Assembly (NCBI GenBank): GCA_964016885.1
Contig: OZ024743.1
Location: 222,394,001 to 222,458,000, forward strand
Direction of reading: 5' to 3'
DNA: 64,000 nt
DNA from: Eledone cirrhosa
Taxonomy: Eukaryota
The position numbers and the translations under genes are program-made. The notes below the pieces were generated by a model. It was not told where the DNA came from. It searched no databases and worked only from the letters and a program-made list of their open reading frames with translations. This document shows, in pieces, positions 61,476 through 64,000 of the stretch; within the stretch, counting starts at the first letter, position 1, and the number at the start of each line of letters is the position of its first letter.

Positions 61476-61980
61476 CATATCTATGTGAGTATAGGATTAC
61501 ATGTGTGTTCATATATGCATATATGTGTGTGTAATTACACATGAATGTGGTTACATGTGTGTGTGTGTGGACATATGTGAGTAGATATGTATGCTTTGTT
61601 TTGTTTTTTATCAGTTAGCTCAAAGCTTTCATGACTGGTGGTAAGGCGAGAAGTTATATTCAAACCTGGCTCAAATGCTTGCAATAGACTGGACCGCTGT
61701 TAAAAGTAATCAAGAGCTCGATAGTGGTGATAAACTGAGCAACAAATTAAAGTCTACTGCCTAAATAGACCATGGAGGGATTTGAAATTATAATGTAAAT
61801 TGCGAAAACAAATAGTGCAAGACATCCTATCTGATGCTCTAACAACAACACCAGGCCATTGTCATAGTTTGACAAAAGGATGAAAGCAATGTTGACCTCG
61901 TTTATGGAGTCAACTGAACTTTGGGGCCAAAACTTGACATTTGTATAAGAAATGAAAATACATTTTATTAGTAAGAAATT

Positions 61981-62452
61981 CTCAGAACTGGACAGCAGAA
62001 GGTCTTCAGAGAAAAAAAACCTTGCCTTAAGCAAGTGTTTTGGCCTTTAACTTCTAAGGGCCGAATCATTTGCTTAACCCTTTAGCAAACCCTTTTACTC
62101 TATATTTGCAATTTTATTTTCACAGAAAACTCTTTATCGCACATAATATTGAATCTATGAGTATTTGATATTACTTATTTTTAGAACAATACCTTAACAG
62201 AAGTATGAGCAGTTGGTTATGGTCAGTTTGAACAGAAAGAGGTGAGGGAATTCTGGCCGGATACAGCTGGTTTAAATGCTAAAGGGTCAAGGATGAAGGA
62301 TTTTCTCTGAAGATCTTCTGCTGGACAACAGAAGGTCTTCAGAGAAACCCTGCCTCAAGCAAGTGTTTTGGCCATTAACTTCTAATGGCCAAAGCATTTG
62401 CTTAAGGATGGGAGTTCTACTCTGAATACCTTCTCCTGTCCAGCTCTCTGAG
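61981..62452. repeat. Tandem pair of ~120-bp palindromic units; the first is interrupted by a MITE
   Basis: ggacaRcagaaggtcttcagagaaa...gcaagtgttttggcc...catttgcttaaggatg...ctctgaa occurs twice. Confidence 0.75.
62078..62286 (-). mobile_element. piggyBac-type MITE
   Basis: TTAA|CCCTTTAGCA ... TAAATGCTAAAGGG|TCAA; internal match to 42831-43036. Confidence 0.85.
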
Positions 62453-62583
62453 AGCTCCTAACCAATAAAATACAACTTGTTTATATACAGGTTTCCGATT
62501 TATATATAATTAGTCTTGATTATCCATTTATCATTTATACTATTTACTGGTTTAATTAGTTACTTATTTATATTTACATGTCT

Positions 62584-62830
62584 GGGATTGATGGGGTGGG
62601 GGGCTTCAAGGTTTCTATGAAGGGGTTGATGGGGTGGGGAGGGGTTCAATGATTCTATGAAGAGGTTGATGGGGTGGGGGTCTTAAAGGTTTCTATGAAG
62701 GGATTGATGGGGTGGGGAGGGGTTCAAGGATTCCATGAAGGGGTTGATGGGGTGTGGAGGAGTTCAAGGATTCTATGAAGGGGTTGATGGGGTGAACTTC
62801 AAGGTTTCTATAAAGGGCTTGATGGGGATA
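62584..62830. repeat. G-rich 38-40-bp minisatellite, about 6 copies
   Basis: gggttgatggggtggggaggggttcaaggattctatgaa unit. Confidence 0.85.
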
Positions 62831-63006
62831 CCTGCTGACAATTTTGACATCGGTGTGTGTGTGTGTGGCGTGGTGGGGGCATGTGGTGTGTGTGTATGTG
62901 TATGAAATATTATGTAATACATTAAATCAGTAACTTGAAACTAGATTCTAATCATACCAGCATCCACACATTTAGTCTAAGTACCATGCAATTTCAGTAA
63001 TTTTCA

Positions 63007-63081
<75 letters not shown>

Positions 63082-63204
63082 CCACACAACCATACAAAAT
63101 CCCAGACACAGAGGAGGCTGCCATTACTCTAGCCATTACACAAACATTCTCAATCTAACCTTTAGAAGTGCCAGTCTCTAACACTTGAAGTGATGGTACT
63201 TAAC

Positions 63205-64000
63205 AGTTATTAGGGTCCATTACTATTAGCTATATACAGTAGTAATAGTGTGTTAGAGTGGTCCATTACTATTAGCTATTTACTGTATTAAAAGTGTGTT
63301 AGAGTGGTCCATTACTATTAGCTATATACTGTAGTAATAGTGTGTTAGTAGGGTACATTACTATTAGCTATATACAGTAGTAATAGTGTGTTAGAGTGGT
63401 CCATTACTATTAGCTATTTACTGTAGTAAAAGTGTGTTAGAGTGGTCCATTACTATTAACTATATACTGTAGTAATAGTGTGTTACAGTGGTCCATTACT
63501 ATTAGCTATATACAGTAGTCATAGTGTGTTAGAGTGGTCCATTACTAATAGCTATATACAGTAGTCATAGTGTGTTAGAGTGGTCTATTACTAATAGCTA
63601 TATACATTAGTGATAGTGTGTTACAGTGGTCTATTACTAATAGCTATATACTGTAGTAATAGTGTGTTAGAGTGGTCTATTACTAATAGCTATATACTGT
63701 AGTAATAGTGTGTTAGAGTGGTATATTACTATTAGCTATATACTGTAGTAATAGTGTGTTACAGTGGTTTATTACTAATAGCTATATACTGTAGTAATAG
63801 TGTGTTAGAGTGGTCTATTACTAATAGCTATATACTGTAGTAATAGTGTGTTACAGTGGTTTATTACTAATAGCTATATACTGTAGTAATAGTGTGTTAG
63901 AGTGGTCTATTACTAATAGCTATATAATGTAGTAATAGTGTGTTAGAGTGGTCTATTGCTATTAGCTATATACTGTAGTAATAGTGTGTTAGAGTGGTCT
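63205..64000. repeat. 46-bp minisatellite running off the window end (about 17 copies visible)
   Basis: Period 46 (63258 to 63304); consensus GTGGTCYATTACTAWTAGCTATATACWGTAGTAATAGTGTGTTAGA. Confidence 0.95.

Overview
Repeat-saturated animal genomic DNA; I could not support any host protein-coding exon. The repeat content (CORE- and Meta-type tRNA SINEs, RTE LINEs with (GAT)n tails, many microsatellites) suggests a mollusc, probably an octopus, but that is inference. About 24 kb (10703-34865) is one 34-bp satellite with nested kilobase-scale duplications. The flanks are stacks of transposons, most of them sitting in (TA)n tracts. These include 5'-truncated RTE LINEs of at least two subfamilies, a DD37D (maT) Tc1/mariner element, two clades of Penelope-like elements (PLEs), and a ~205-bp TTAA-targeting piggyBac-type MITE whose filled and empty sites both occur in the window. 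The most interesting signals are four: (1) a complete C4HC3 PHD-type zinc finger inserted inside the reverse transcriptase of the RTE elements and kept across subfamilies; (2) several hammerhead-ribozyme motifs in PLE-type terminal repeats; (3) a CORE-SINE sharing the RTE 3' tail that twice sits head-to-head with an RTE copy; (4) the hierarchical, insertion-free satellite. Coordinates were read by eye; boundaries of degenerate elements are approximate.
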